Part shown: positions 53,982-63,569 of the stretch, piece after piece
Layout: every line of letters begins with the position of its first letter
How positions within the stretch are numbered: position 1 is the stretch's first letter
Origin: Bacteroidota bacterium
Lineage (GTDB): Bacteria > Bacteroidota > Bacteroidia > Chitinophagales > Saprospiraceae
Assembly: GCA_046051005.1 (NCBI GenBank)
Contig: JBJOPA010000264.1
Span: 38,755-102,754, forward strand
DNA length: 64,000 bases
Reading direction: 5' to 3'
Program-made: the position numbers and the translations under genes
The notes under the pieces: model-generated
The model's input: the letters and a program-made list of their open reading frames with translations, nothing else
What the model was told of the DNA's origin: nothing
Databases searched by the model: none

Positions 53982-55136
53982 TTAACGATGCAGTTGTAGA
54001 TAGCCTGAATAGAATCCGCCGTTGCCGTCTTCGAGCATGTAGAAATAGGTTCCGTCTGGCACTGCCATTCCTTCCCACGCGCCGTTCCACTCATTTTTAT
54101 ATCCTTTTTTTTGATATACCAAATTGCCCCAACGGTTGTAAATATTCAAAATATTATTCGGAAAACGTTCAATTCCGACAATCGTAAACGTATCATTGAG
54201 ACCGTCGTCATTGGGCGAAACGCCTGTAAAAATTTCAAAATCTTCGCAGCCAATCGTGATGACCGCCCAAGCCGTATCGCAACCGACGATGTTACAAATT
54301 TCGTATTGCAAAGAGTCAATGCCGCAATAACCGGGATTGGGAACATATTCTACCGAACCCGAATCCAAGCGCACCGCCGTCCCGTGCATGGGCGGGGTCA
54401 AGACGCGAATGGTGCCGCCACGAACCGTATCGTTGGCAGCTACACCGATAACTTTTCGACCGCCTCTGACGGTGTGTGTGGTGTCTTTGATGGCAACGGG
54501 TGGAAAATAATTATCGCAAATGGTACGCGGACACACCGAAATATTCTGAAAAACGCCGTTTGAGCCTACGTCTGCCAAAGAATAGTTGGAAGGCGCGGCA
54601 GCTGGAATATTTACGCTATTCATGCCCGTCGCGGGAAAAGTTTGATGCGTATTCCAAATCAAATCGAAACACACGTCCACGCGCACGAGCGTGAAACCCA
54701 ACAACGAAACGGTGCGCCAATTGGTATCAATTTGTGCCGCATTGTTGCCGCCGCCCGTATAGACAATGTTCAAGGAAATGAGTCCGACTGTTGGACCTTC
54801 GCTGCTGCCGTTGAGCGTTTGTTCGCTATAATTGCGGTCATTTGCAGGCGATTGGCTCGAAAAACGGGTTTGTTCCATCAAAAATGGTTTTGCCAATTGC
54901 CGCGAATCGTAGCGCAATCTGAAATTGGCATCGCCCAACAAAAAGCGTTTCGAGGTGTCACTTGCTCGCACTTGAACTGCCAAATATGCCCGTTGTTTGT
55001 TGCATTCGAGCCGTTGAAGCACCAATCGCGTTTCAAATTCGCCCGATTGCGCCCACATATTTTGACAAAAAAGCAAGAGAAGGCAACTAAAAAATAGCTT
55101 TTTCATCATTTCAACAAAATTTTTTGAATTTTTCAA
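53982..55136 (-). CDS. secreted protein with a gliding-motility-associated C-terminal domain (CHU_C / T9SS type B)
   Basis: The C-terminus reads FTGVSPNDDGLNDTFTIVGIERFPNNILNIYNRWGNLVYQ...GTYFYML. Signal peptide present. The start may be an internal Met around 55106. Confidence 0.8.
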   Translation of the reverse strand: MKNSKNFVEMMKKLFFSCLLLLFCQNMWAQSGEFETRLVLQRLECNKQRAYLAVQVRASDTSKRFLLGDANFRLRYDSRQLAKPFLMEQTRFSSQSPANDRNYSEQTLNGSSEGPTVGLISLNIVYTGGGNNAAQIDTNWRTVSLLGFTLVRVDVCFDLIWNTHQTFPATGMNSVNIPAAAPSNYSLADVGSNGVFQNISVCPRTICDNYFPPVAIKDTTHTVRGGRKVIGVAANDTVRGGTIRVLTPPMHGTAVRLDSGSVEYVPNPGYCGIDSLQYEICNIVGCDTAWAVITIGCEDFEIFTGVSPNDDGLNDTFTIVGIERFPNNILNIYNRWGNLVYQKKGYKNEWNGAWEGMAVPDGTYFYMLEDGNGGFYSGYLQLHR

Positions 55137-55292
55137 GGGAAATATTTTTGATAATAAATTTGAGAATTAAAGTAGTACAGGTTTACCGCTTTTATTTTCC
55201 AAAAACTATACCGATATTCAAAACATTTGTAAAATTTAAACTAATCCATTTCTATTAGTATTTGAAAACCCCGAATGTTGCCATAAAATGAC

Positions 55293-55358
55293 AAAAAAGC
55301 CTACCCCCCAGTATCCAAACCACTTTTTCGGTTCGGATACTGGGGGGTAGGCTTTTTT
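55293..55358. repeat. CAGTAT-box palindromic pair (copies 44 and 45)
   Basis: AAAAAAGCCTACCCCCCAGTATCC (55293-55316), an 18-nt spacer, then GGATACTGGGGGGTAGGCTTTTTT (55335-55358). The 24-nt arms are perfect. It lies between the CHU_C gene start and the CBS gene stop. Confidence 0.95.
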
Positions 55359-55393
55359 TAGGAAATGATGATTTTTTAACGCCTTTTCAAGGC

Positions 55394-56050
55394 TTAAATG
55401 CTCAAATAATTGAGCAACATATCATAATTTTCTTTCAAATCGTTGATGTAATCTTCTTCTGTAAACGACGCTTTGACGATGTAGCCGAATCGGACAAAAG
55501 TTGCCAAAATGCGCTGAATATCTGGACGACTGATTTTGAGCGTAACCTCCAATTCGGTGGTGTCGGGCGCAGAAGTCACGAAGGAATTTAGGACAAACGC
55601 ATTTTCAGATTCTACAATACGTGCAATTTGCGAAAGCGAATAATTCTGACGATTTACTTCCAACACAATCACCGCGCCATGCTCGGCAAAGGCTGCACTT
55701 TTTGCAAAAAATTGCAACAAATCGTAGAGCGTAATCACGCCTAAATATTTGTTTTCGAGGCTTACGACTGGCACAAGCGTCAATTTATGCTGATTAATTT
55801 GCCGCATGACCTCGTAAATGTGGTCGTTTTCGCGGGCATACTGGGGGGGGGCGAGTGCGTAGGTTTCGACGGCATCGTCGGGGTCGAAGTTCCAGATTTG
55901 TTCTTCGGCAAGCAACCCAATGATTTGTTCGTCGCGGACGATGGGCAAATGTCTGACGTGAAAATCATTCATCATTTGCAAGGCATCGTCGCCTGTCGAA
56001 GTCGGCTTGAGCGGAAATACTTCGCTCGAAATCAATTCTTTTGCAATCAT
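55394..56050 (-). CDS. CBS-pair domain protein with an ACT-like C-terminal domain
   Basis: Two CBS motifs are present (VRHLPIVRDEQIIGLLAEEQI, LTLVPVVSLENKYLGVITLYDLL). 218 aa. Confidence 0.75.
   Translation of the reverse strand: MIAKELISSEVFPLKPTSTGDDALQMMNDFHVRHLPIVRDEQIIGLLAEEQIWNFDPDDAVETYALAPPQYARENDHIYEVMRQINQHKLTLVPVVSLENKYLGVITLYDLLQFFAKSAAFAEHGAVIVLEVNRQNYSLSQIARIVESENAFVLNSFVTSAPDTTELEVTLKISRPDIQRILATFVRFGYIVKASFTEEDYINDLKENYDMLLNYLSI
55838..55851 (-). repeat. CAGTAT-box copy 46 (ATACTG9) inside the CBS-domain gene
   Basis: On the coding strand GCCCCCCCCCAGTATGCC is read as APPQYA. Confidence 0.9.
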
Positions 56051-56522
56051 AGTGTATCACAATTTGAAGCTGCTCCTGTTTTTGAAATCTTTTTTCTGAA
56101 AAAAAAATCGTAAAACTTACATGCGTTGGTTAGAAAATTGTTGATATAAAGAAACGTGAAAATAAAAAATCTGTTCGCAGTACGGTCATTTATCAATTGC
56201 GTTTCGATTTATTATAGAGACGCAAAAAAAAACATTTAGGCATATAAAATCGTGTTAAAATACGTATAGATTCTGTTAATCTTTGGTTAATTAGCCAAAA
56301 TGCCTGAAATGGAAGTAAATTTTAAAATATAATTTTTAATCATATTTTTTAAATATTGAGCAAATTAGCGCAATGTCAACACCTGTGCAATAGTTTTATT
56401 CATCAGAAATAGAAAAAAATAGAATACGGTTTATCAAAATAGGTAAACGGCAAAATATTTTTCAATCGTATTTTCATTCCGTCAAAAATGCGTAATTTTT
56501 TTATAAAAAAACTTTAAATCCA

Positions 56523-57284
56523 TTACGTAATTTGATGCCGATAGAGTTGCCATGCGTCGTTTTCAAATTCGAGTGCCGTGAGGCTGTCTATCCAATCGCC
56601 CGAATTGAGGTATAAAACGCCCTCTGCCTCGCGCATTTGGGGGCGATGCACGTGTCCGCACACGACCACATCATAGCCTGCGGCGGCTCCTACTTTGATG
56701 GCTTTTGCTTCAAAATCGTCCATTTTTTTGACCATTCCTTTCACTTTTGCCTTGATGGTGTGTGCAAAATTGGACGGTCGCCCGCGCCAAATTCGCGTCA
56801 CTCGATTGTAGGCGCGGTTCAGTAAAATCAAAATTTCGTAGGCGAAACCACCAATTTTTGCGAGCCAGCGCGTTTTTTTGACAGAAATATCGAAACGGTC
56901 GCCGTGAAAAAACCAATGTTTTTTGCCGCCCAATTCCAAAATGAGTTCGTCGCAAAGCTGAAATTTTCCGTTTGTGAAATCTGAAAAACGCCGCAGCGCG
57001 TCGTCGTGGTTGCCCGTCAAATAATAAACATTGGTTCCGTTGGCAAGCAATTTCAAGACGCGATTGACGATTTGGAGGTGTTCGGGCGGAAAATAGGAGG
57101 TTCGGAATTGCCAAATGTCTATGAAATCGCCGTTGATAATCAACGTTTCGGGTTTCACGGAGCGCAAATAATCCAACAACGCCTGTGCCTGACAGCCGTA
57201 AGTCCCCAAATGTACGTCTGAAATGACGACCACTTTGGGTTTGCGCTTGCTCACAGTCCCGATTTTTTCTACGATTTCCGCCAA
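56523..57284 (-). CDS. lpxH: UDP-2,3-diacylglucosamine diphosphatase-like metallophosphoesterase
   Basis: Calcineurin-like motifs occur in LpxH order: VVISDVHLG, INGDFID, GNHDD, and GHVH. 253 aa. Confidence 0.7.
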   Translation of the reverse strand: MAEIVEKIGTVSKRKPKVVVISDVHLGTYGCQAQALLDYLRSVKPETLIINGDFIDIWQFRTSYFPPEHLQIVNRVLKLLANGTNVYYLTGNHDDALRRFSDFTNGKFQLCDELILELGGKKHWFFHGDRFDISVKKTRWLAKIGGFAYEILILLNRAYNRVTRIWRGRPSNFAHTIKAKVKGMVKKMDDFEAKAIKVGAAAGYDVVVCGHVHRPQMREAEGVLYLNSGDWIDSLTALEFENDAWQLYRHQIT

Positions 57285-57483
57285 AATTTTATAATTTCTA
57301 ACGCTGTTTTTAATTGTTTTCCGTTGCGTTTTTTTCTCTTTTTCTACGGAAAAATTTTTCTCAAACCTGTAAAATTAAAACACAAAGCAAATGTACACAT
57401 TATTTGGAAATACAGATTTTTAAAAACTAAATTCATAAAATTTTTATAAAAAAACTAACAAAATTTAGGTAAAAAAGTTAAAT

Positions 57484-57494
57484 ATACTGGGGGG
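57484..57494 (-). repeat. CAGTAT-box copy 47, intergenic
   Basis: ATATACTGGGGGGTCGCATTTTTTT, between the lpxH-like start and the metK stop. Confidence 0.9.
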
Positions 57495-57636
57495 TCGCAT
57501 TTTTTTGTTTAAAAATGGGAAAAAAGACAATTATTTAAATGAAGTTTTTTTATAATTCAATCATCAAATAATTATATAAAAAAAAGCCTGAATCAAGCAA
57601 TTGATTCAGGCTTTTTTTTATATTAAATTTTACTTT

Positions 57637-58908
57637 TTACAAGCCAAAAGCGGTTTTGATTTGCGCCACGAAATCGAGTTTTTCCCAAGTGAACAATTCA
57701 ACTTGACGCTCGATGCGTTGTTGATTGGGTCCTTCAAAAACTTTGTTTACCACTTCGTATTCTCGTCCCATATGACCATAAGCCGCCGTTTCGAGATAGA
57801 TTGGATTGCGCAATTTCAAGCGTTGTTCGATGGCGTAAGGGCGCATGTCGAAGACTTCTTCGATTTTGCGAGCGATTTCGCCGTCGCTCATTTTTTTGCC
57901 ATTTTCGCCTTTGACTTTCGCTGTTCCGTTGGTGTTTACGTACAAACCGCAAGGTTTTGCTACGCCGATGGCATAAGAAACTTGCACCAAAATTTCGTCA
58001 CAAACGCCTGCTGCCACCATATTTTTGGCGATATGTCGGGTTGCGTAAGCTGCCGAACGGTCCACTTTTGATGGATCTTTTCCAGAGAATGCGCCACCGC
58101 CGTGTGCGCCTTTTCCGCCATAGGTGTCCACAATGATTTTACGACCAGTCAAACCTGTGTCGCCATGCGGTCCGCCGATAACGAATTTGCCCGTCGGATT
58201 GATGTGATACGTGATTTGGTCGTTAAACAATTTTTTGAGCGATTGTTTGACTTTTGCGCGCACGCGTGGCATCAAATAGGTGATAATATCGCGGCGAATG
58301 GTTGCCAACATGGTTTCGTCGTCGGCGAAATCGTCGTGTTGTGTAGAAACGACGATGGTGTCAATCCGAATTGGTTTGCCATTGTCAGCGTATTCGATGG
58401 TAACTTGCGACTTTGCGTCGGGGCGCAAATATTTCATGCGGCGATTTTCGCGGCGAATGTCGGCAAGCTCGATAAGAATTTTATGTGCCAAATCCAAAGC
58501 GAGTGGCATATAATTATCGGTTTCGTTGGTAGCGTAACCAAACATCATTCCTTGGTCGCCTGCGCCTTGCTCTTCTGGAGCGGTGCGTTCTACGCCCTGA
58601 TTGATGTCTGCCGACTGCTCGTGAATGGCAGAAAAGATGCCACACGAATTTGCATCGAACATATATTCGCTTTTCGTATAGCCAATTTTTGTGATTACGT
58701 CTCGCGTAATTTTTTGAACGTCCAAAAAGGCTTTCGATTTTACTTCGCCTGCCAAAACGACTTGACCTGTTGTGACCAATGTTTCACATGCCACCTTCGA
58801 CGTAGGGTCGAATGCTAAGAAATTGTCAATCAGCGCGTCCGAAATTTGGTCGGCGACTTTATCTGGATGTCCTTCGGAAACGGATTCAGAGGTGAAAAGA
58901 TAAGGCAT
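57637..58908 (-). CDS. metK: S-adenosylmethionine synthase
   Basis: [46 protein letters not shown]. Confidence 0.97.
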   Translation of the reverse strand: MPYLFTSESVSEGHPDKVADQISDALIDNFLAFDPTSKVACETLVTTGQVVLAGEVKSKAFLDVQKITRDVITKIGYTKSEYMFDANSCGIFSAIHEQSADINQGVERTAPEEQGAGDQGMMFGYATNETDNYMPLALDLAHKILIELADIRRENRRMKYLRPDAKSQVTIEYADNGKPIRIDTIVVSTQHDDFADDETMLATIRRDIITYLMPRVRAKVKQSLKKLFNDQITYHINPTGKFVIGGPHGDTGLTGRKIIVDTYGGKGAHGGGAFSGKDPSKVDRSAAYATRHIAKNMVAAGVCDEILVQVSYAIGVAKPCGLYVNTNGTAKVKGENGKKMSDGEIARKIEEVFDMRPYAIEQRLKLRNPIYLETAAYGHMGREYEVVNKVFEGPNQQRIERQVELFTWEKLDFVAQIKTAFGL

Positions 58909-58955
58909 AACTCTTTTTATTTTTTTTATTTTCTATAAAAATTAGTTCAAAAACT

Positions 58956-58969
58956 CCCCCCCCCAGTAT
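58956..58969 (+). repeat. CAGTAT-box copy 48 (C9AGTAT) in the metK 5' leader region
   Basis: AAAAACTCCCCCCCCCAGTATCCGAGCC, 48 nt upstream of the metK ATG. Confidence 0.9.
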
Positions 58970-59018
58970 CCGAGCCGTTTTTTGAGACAAAATGGGAAAA
59001 GGGAATTTTTTTTCGGCG

Positions 59019-59026
59019 CAAAAATA
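59019..59026 (-). promoter_or_regulatory. -7 box TATTTTTG (minus strand) upstream of metK
   Basis: CAAAAATA on the plus strand, about 111 nt upstream of the metK ATG. Confidence 0.4.
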
Positions 59027-59163
59027 GGTTTTCTTCTGATAAAAAAAGCCCATTTTTTGAAAAAAGGAATTAGTTTTCTCAACTTTTACCATTTTTTAAC
59101 GCGATTTGGAATATTTTTTTCTTTGGAAAAGATTATTTCTGCCTGTTTTTAGCAGAAACGTTG

Positions 59164-59171
59164 TATTTTTG
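59164..59171 (+). promoter_or_regulatory. -7 box TATTTTTG upstream of the unknown-PIN cassette
   Basis: It lies 23 nt before the TTG start at 59194. Confidence 0.5.
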
Positions 59172-59193
59172 CAAACATTAAATAGCAGTTATT

Positions 59194-59976
59194 TTGGAAA
59201 AATTAGGTAAAATATTTATAAGAATTAGCGGAAAAAAGGGAAATTTTGACCTTTCTCCTCAAAATTTTGATATTCGAGAACTCGCCGAGCTGTTGCAGCA
59301 AGTCGAGCATTTACTGTTTGCCACCGCTAAAAAAGATCGCTCCCTTACTTCTTATCAAGTTTCGGAGGGTTCTGTAATCCATACATTTTCGACTACACAA
59401 CAAACTGCCATTAGTTTCAATGCGTGGTTGAGAAAAATTGAAAACGAAGATTATAGTCTCAATTTTTTAGAACCCGCTACTGCTCGTGCGTTTGAAGCAC
59501 TCGCCGCCAATGCGCGCAATAATGATTATTATTATCAAGTATATACATCAGTTTCTGATAATCATGCTTTTATCATTGACAAAAATACGAAATTTAAAAA
59601 AAATGAAGATATTTGGGTGGACGCTGAATTTTATCTTTACGGCACAATCGTAGATGCAGGGGGCAAAAACAGAGCCAATATCCATTTAGACACCAAAGAA
59701 TGGGGTGTGATAAAAGTCAGTGCTACGATTCAACAATTAGAATCATATGAGTTAAATCCGCTTTACAAATCATATGGCGTTCGCGTTTTAGGAAAGCAAC
59801 ATCTCAAAACGGGCGAAATGGATAAATCGTCGCTTCAATTGCTTGAAATGCAAGGTTTTCGACCCATTTTTGAAGAAGATTATATAAAAAGTTTAATTCA
59901 AAAAGCCAAAAAGAATTGGTCAGACGTGGACGACGCAGACCAATGGCTGAAAACAACACGCGGTTATGGAACTTAA
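59194..59976 (+). CDS. hypothetical protein, upstream partner of a PIN nuclease (candidate atypically large antitoxin or sensor)
   Basis: 260-aa ORF with a TTG start 23 nt downstream of a TATTTTTG -7 box. I recognise no domain. Its last 11 nt overlap the PIN gene start (ATGGAACTTAA). Confidence 0.6.
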   Translation: MEKLGKIFIRISGKKGNFDLSPQNFDIRELAELLQQVEHLLFATAKKDRSLTSYQVSEGSVIHTFSTTQQTAISFNAWLRKIENEDYSLNFLEPATARAFEALAANARNNDYYYQVYTSVSDNHAFIIDKNTKFKKNEDIWVDAEFYLYGTIVDAGGKNRANIHLDTKEWGVIKVSATIQQLESYELNPLYKSYGVRVLGKQHLKTGEMDKSSLQLLEMQGFRPIFEEDYIKSLIQKAKKNWSDVDDADQWLKTTRGYGT

Positions 59977-60445
59977 ATGTGTTTTGTTAGACACGAGCTT
60001 CCTCATCAGATTGCTCAATGAAAACGACCGATTGCATGAAAACGCCTTACAATATTATCGTTTTTTTCTAGAAAAAGGGGTAATATTGAAAGTTTCTACA
60101 ATTTCAATTGCAGAATATTGTGTGAAAGGAACGTTAGATGAATTGCCACTACGCGACGTGCAAATTTTGCCATTTAACATTGTTCATGCAACGAAAGCAG
60201 GCGACATGGCGCGCACCGTCTATCAACATAGAGACAAAACGGTATTGCCTCAACGATTGATTATTCCGAATGACACAAAATTATTTGCCCAAGCTGATGT
60301 TGAATCAAATATTCAAAAGTTTGTTACTTCTGACCAACAATGTCAAAATATCTTTAAACTGATTGAACTAAAATCAAAAGTAAATTTCGACATTTTAAAC
60401 ATTGAAACGCCCTATCACGAAGCATTTGGATTATTGAATTTATGA
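59966..60445 (+). CDS. PIN-domain ribonuclease (VapC-like)
   Basis: 159 aa. Acidic residues have PIN spacing: D9 (VLLDTSFLI), E50 (SIAEY), D103 (IPNDTKLFA), D122 (VTSDQQ). Confidence 0.75.
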   Translation: MELKCVLLDTSFLIRLLNENDRLHENALQYYRFFLEKGVILKVSTISIAEYCVKGTLDELPLRDVQILPFNIVHATKAGDMARTVYQHRDKTVLPQRLIIPNDTKLFAQADVESNIQKFVTSDQQCQNIFKLIELKSKVNFDILNIETPYHEAFGLLNL

Positions 60446-61051
60446 TTGAAGCATGTGGGCTTTCAAATAGGCTTCGATGTGTTGGGAAATATATTTTCCA
60501 ATAATATCAAATTCAATATTCACAAAATCGCCGACTTTTAATTGATGAAAAGTCGTGTTTTCAAAAGTAAAAGGGATAATCGCTACCGAAAATTCGCGGT
60601 CTTTGGGTTCGACCACCGTCAAACTCACGCCGTTGACCGTCACAGAGCCTTTCGGAACGAGAATATACTGGGGGGGGGCATCAAAAGCAAAACGAAACAG
60701 CCAACTGCCGTTTTCATCGCGTCTTTCGATGCATCGGGCGGTCGTGTCCACGTGACCTTGCACTTGATGTCCGTCGAGTCGTGCGCCTGCGACCATCGCC
60801 CGTTCAATGTTGATTTTATCGCCCGTTTTCAAGGCATTTAGATTCGTCAATCGTAGGGTTTCGGCAATTGCTGTGACGGTAAATACGTCGTCTTTGATGT
60901 CCACGACGGTCAAACAAACGCCGTTGTGCGACACGCTTTGGTCTATTTTGAGCGAATCGGTCAACGTAGAAGCAATGTCGAGATGGATATTTGTTCCTTC
61001 GGTGCGAATGGCGCGCACGGTCGCCAAATTTTCAATAATTCCAGTAAACAT
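60440..61051 (-). CDS. ribE: riboflavin synthase (alpha chain)
   Basis: MFTGIIE... with duplicated lumazine-binding repeats (SVSHNGVCLTV and SVTVNGVSLTV). 203 aa. Confidence 0.93.
   Translation of the reverse strand: MFTGIIENLATVRAIRTEGTNIHLDIASTLTDSLKIDQSVSHNGVCLTVVDIKDDVFTVTAIAETLRLTNLNALKTGDKINIERAMVAGARLDGHQVQGHVDTTARCIERRDENGSWLFRFAFDAPPQYILVPKGSVTVNGVSLTVVEPKDREFSVAIIPFTFENTTFHQLKVGDFVNIEFDIIGKYISQHIEAYLKAHMLQS
60665..60678 (-). repeat. CAGTAT-box copy 49 (ATACTG9) inside ribE
   Basis: On the coding strand GATGCCCCCCCCCAGTATATT is read as DAPPQYI. It aligns to a normal RibE segment and is not an insertion. Confidence 0.9.
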
Positions 61052-61140
61052 ATTATTTTTATATTAAAATTTAAGCATTGAAATTTCTTCTTTCACGCTT
61101 CACAACAACTTTAAAAGTCAATTTGTTTTAAAATATTTAC

Positions 61141-61184
61141 AAAAAAAAAACGACTACCAAAATACTTCGGCAGTCGTTTTTTTT
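61141..61184 (-). terminator. hppA terminator
   Basis: A10-CGACTACC ... GGCAGTCG-T8, 7 of 8 bp paired. Confidence 0.7.
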
Positions 61185-61204
61185 ATATCTCGGATAACAA
61201 AAAA

Positions 61205-63457
61205 TTATTTCACTTTCGTAACCGTTGCTTGACCGACATTCAATGTTTGCGGTTCAGCAACAGGAGCTTTTGGTTGCTCGATAATTGTTTTAGTTTCTGA
61301 TATGCCCGTTGTTTTGTGTTTGCCGTTTTGCTGACCCAAAATTGGAGCAATCGCCAAACCTACCAAACAAGACAATTTGATGAGGATATTCATCGAAGGA
61401 CCTGACGTATCTTTGAATGGGTCGCCTACGGTGTCACCTGTAACCGCCGCTTTGTGTGGTTCAGATTTTTTGTAGAACATTTCACCGTTGATTTCAACGC
61501 CTTTTTCAAAAGATTTTTTTGCATTGTCCCATGCACCACCTGCATTTGATTGAAAAATAGCCCACATAACACCCGAAACCGTCACGCCCGCCATGTACGC
61601 GCCCAACGCTTCCGCGCCCATGATGAAGCCCACCAAAATTGGTGAAATGATGGTAATTGCACCCGGCAACATCATTTCGCGCAATGCTGCTTCGGTAGAG
61701 ATTTGTACACAACGGTCATATTCAGGCTTGCCTGTACCTTCCAAAATTCCTGGAATTTCGCGGAACTGGCGACGCACTTCCTGCACCATGTCCATTGCTG
61801 CACGACCTACGGCATTCATTGCCAAAGCCGAGAACACCACTGGAATCATGCCACCAATGAACAATGCAGCCAATACTTCTGCTTTGAAAATATTGATGCC
61901 ATCAATGCCTGTAAATTTCACGTAAGCCGCAAACAACGCCAACGCCGTCAAAGCTGCCGAAGCAATCGCAAAACCTTTGCCAATCGCTGCGGTTGTGTTG
62001 CCCACAGAGTCCAAAATATCGGTACGTCCACGTACTTCTTCTGGCAATTCTGACATTTCAGCAATACCACCCGCATTGTCTGCGATAGGTCCGAAAGCGT
62101 CAATTGCCAATTGCATGGCGGTAGTTGCCATCATTGCCGAAGCTGCCAATGCCACACCGTAGAAACCAGAGAAGAAATAAGAACCCCAAATCGCACCTGC
62201 GAACAACAAAATCGGATAAGCCGTTGACATCATGCCTACGCCCAAACCCGCAATAATGTTCGTCGCTGGACCCGTTGCAGACGCTCTGATGATGTCCATA
62301 ACAGGTTTTTTGCCCATTGCTGTATAATATTCGGTCAACATTGAAATCAATGCGCCTACAATTAAACCGAAAATGACCGAAGCAAAAACGTGGTTCGGCG
62401 TGATTCTCGCATTCGCTTCACCAAATTTTTCTACATAAAACTCGGCTGGCAACATCCATTGCAACACAGCATACGATGCAATTGCCGTCAAGATGATAGC
62501 AATCCAGTTGCCGCGATTCAATGCACTTTGTACCGTATCAATCGTTGCTTTGCCGTCGTCGCTCACTTTCACCAAGAATGAACCCATGATGGAGAAAACA
62601 ACGCCCAAACCTGCCAACAAAATAGGAATCAAGATAGGTCCCATATTGCCAAAAGCATCTGTAAAACCGGGATTTGCAGCAATCACATAATTGCCCAACA
62701 CCATAGATGCCAACACCGTTGCCACATACGAGCCGAACAAATCCGCGCCCATGCCTGCTACGTCACCTACATTGTCGCCTACGTTGTCGGCGATAGTTGC
62801 AGGATTGCGCGGGTCATCTTCTGGAATGCCTGCTTCTACTTTGCCCACGAGGTCTGCGCCTACGTCAGCTGCTTTGGTATAAATGCCGCCACCTACACGC
62901 GCAAACAACGCGATAGATTCTGCACCAATAGAGAAACCTGCAAGGATTTCTAATACTTTTACCATTGAATCGGTGCTGCCGACATAGAAGATTTTGGTCA
63001 AAATGATGAACAAAATGCTCAAACCCAACACCGCCAAACCTGCTACGCCCAAACCCATGACCATACCGCCACGGAAAGAAACGTCCAATGCTTTTGAAAG
63101 GCTCGTGCGTGCTGCTTCTGTCGTGCGCACGTTGGCTTTGGTCGCCACGCGCATGCCGATATTGCCCGCTACTGCGGAAAACACCGCGCCAATCACAAAC
63201 GCAACCGCGATAGACCAGTGCGAAGTGGCTACCAACGTAGATTGCGCCGCCAAAGCAATGGCTGCTACCAAAACGAAAATTGTCAAAATGCGATATTCTG
63301 CCTTCAAAAATGCCATCGCACCTTCTTGAATCGCACCTGAAATTTCTTGCATGCGGCTATTGCCAGCATCTTGCTTGTTGACCCACGACCATAAATATGC
63401 CATGTAAGCCAAACCTAATACGCCAAAAACTGGCAATACGTACATCAACGAATCCAT
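61205..63457 (-). CDS. hppA: membrane-integral H+/Na+-translocating pyrophosphatase
   Basis: 750 aa, polytopic. [49 protein letters not shown]. Confidence 0.95.
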   Translation of the reverse strand: MDSLMYVLPVFGVLGLAYMAYLWSWVNKQDAGNSRMQEISGAIQEGAMAFLKAEYRILTIFVLVAAIALAAQSTLVATSHWSIAVAFVIGAVFSAVAGNIGMRVATKANVRTTEAARTSLSKALDVSFRGGMVMGLGVAGLAVLGLSILFIILTKIFYVGSTDSMVKVLEILAGFSIGAESIALFARVGGGIYTKAADVGADLVGKVEAGIPEDDPRNPATIADNVGDNVGDVAGMGADLFGSYVATVLASMVLGNYVIAANPGFTDAFGNMGPILIPILLAGLGVVFSIMGSFLVKVSDDGKATIDTVQSALNRGNWIAIILTAIASYAVLQWMLPAEFYVEKFGEANARITPNHVFASVIFGLIVGALISMLTEYYTAMGKKPVMDIIRASATGPATNIIAGLGVGMMSTAYPILLFAGAIWGSYFFSGFYGVALAASAMMATTAMQLAIDAFGPIADNAGGIAEMSELPEEVRGRTDILDSVGNTTAAIGKGFAIASAALTALALFAAYVKFTGIDGINIFKAEVLAALFIGGMIPVVFSALAMNAVGRAAMDMVQEVRRQFREIPGILEGTGKPEYDRCVQISTEAALREMMLPGAITIISPILVGFIMGAEALGAYMAGVTVSGVMWAIFQSNAGGAWDNAKKSFEKGVEINGEMFYKKSEPHKAAVTGDTVGDPFKDTSGPSMNILIKLSCLVGLAIAPILGQQNGKHKTTGISETKTIIEQPKAPVAEPQTLNVGQATVTKVK

Positions 63458-63569
63458 AAATTTAAATCGTTAAACTGTTGATTTTAAAATTTTTTTTGAA
63501 AATAAAACTTTTGATTCTGATAATTTTTTGCGTTGATGAAAAAAAAATGCTTAAAAACCGAAAAAGACA

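Noticed and set aside
53828-54094. Small ORFs created by repeats or low-complexity intergenic DNA. Examples: 53828..54094(-), 53742..53978(+), 28597..29022(+), 28615..28896(-), 34089..34313(+), 63462..63696(-), 13973..14209(-), 15405..15635(-).
   Set aside because: Their 'proteins' are read-outs of the CAGTAT box, the family-2 repeats or poly-A/T tracts (for example PPIPPKGGRKEIEGGKYWGG). They overlap terminators or real genes and show no coding-like composition.
58909-59026. A possible SAM riboswitch in the ~110-nt metK leader.
   Set aside because: Reading the leader on the minus strand, I find none of the conserved SAM-I, SAM-II or SAM-I/IV core sequences or pairings. The only structured-looking element is a CAGTAT-box copy.
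61052-61204. A possible FMN riboswitch upstream of ribE.
   Set aside because: The spacer is A/T-rich and largely occupied by the hppA terminator. No conserved FMN aptamer segments are visible.
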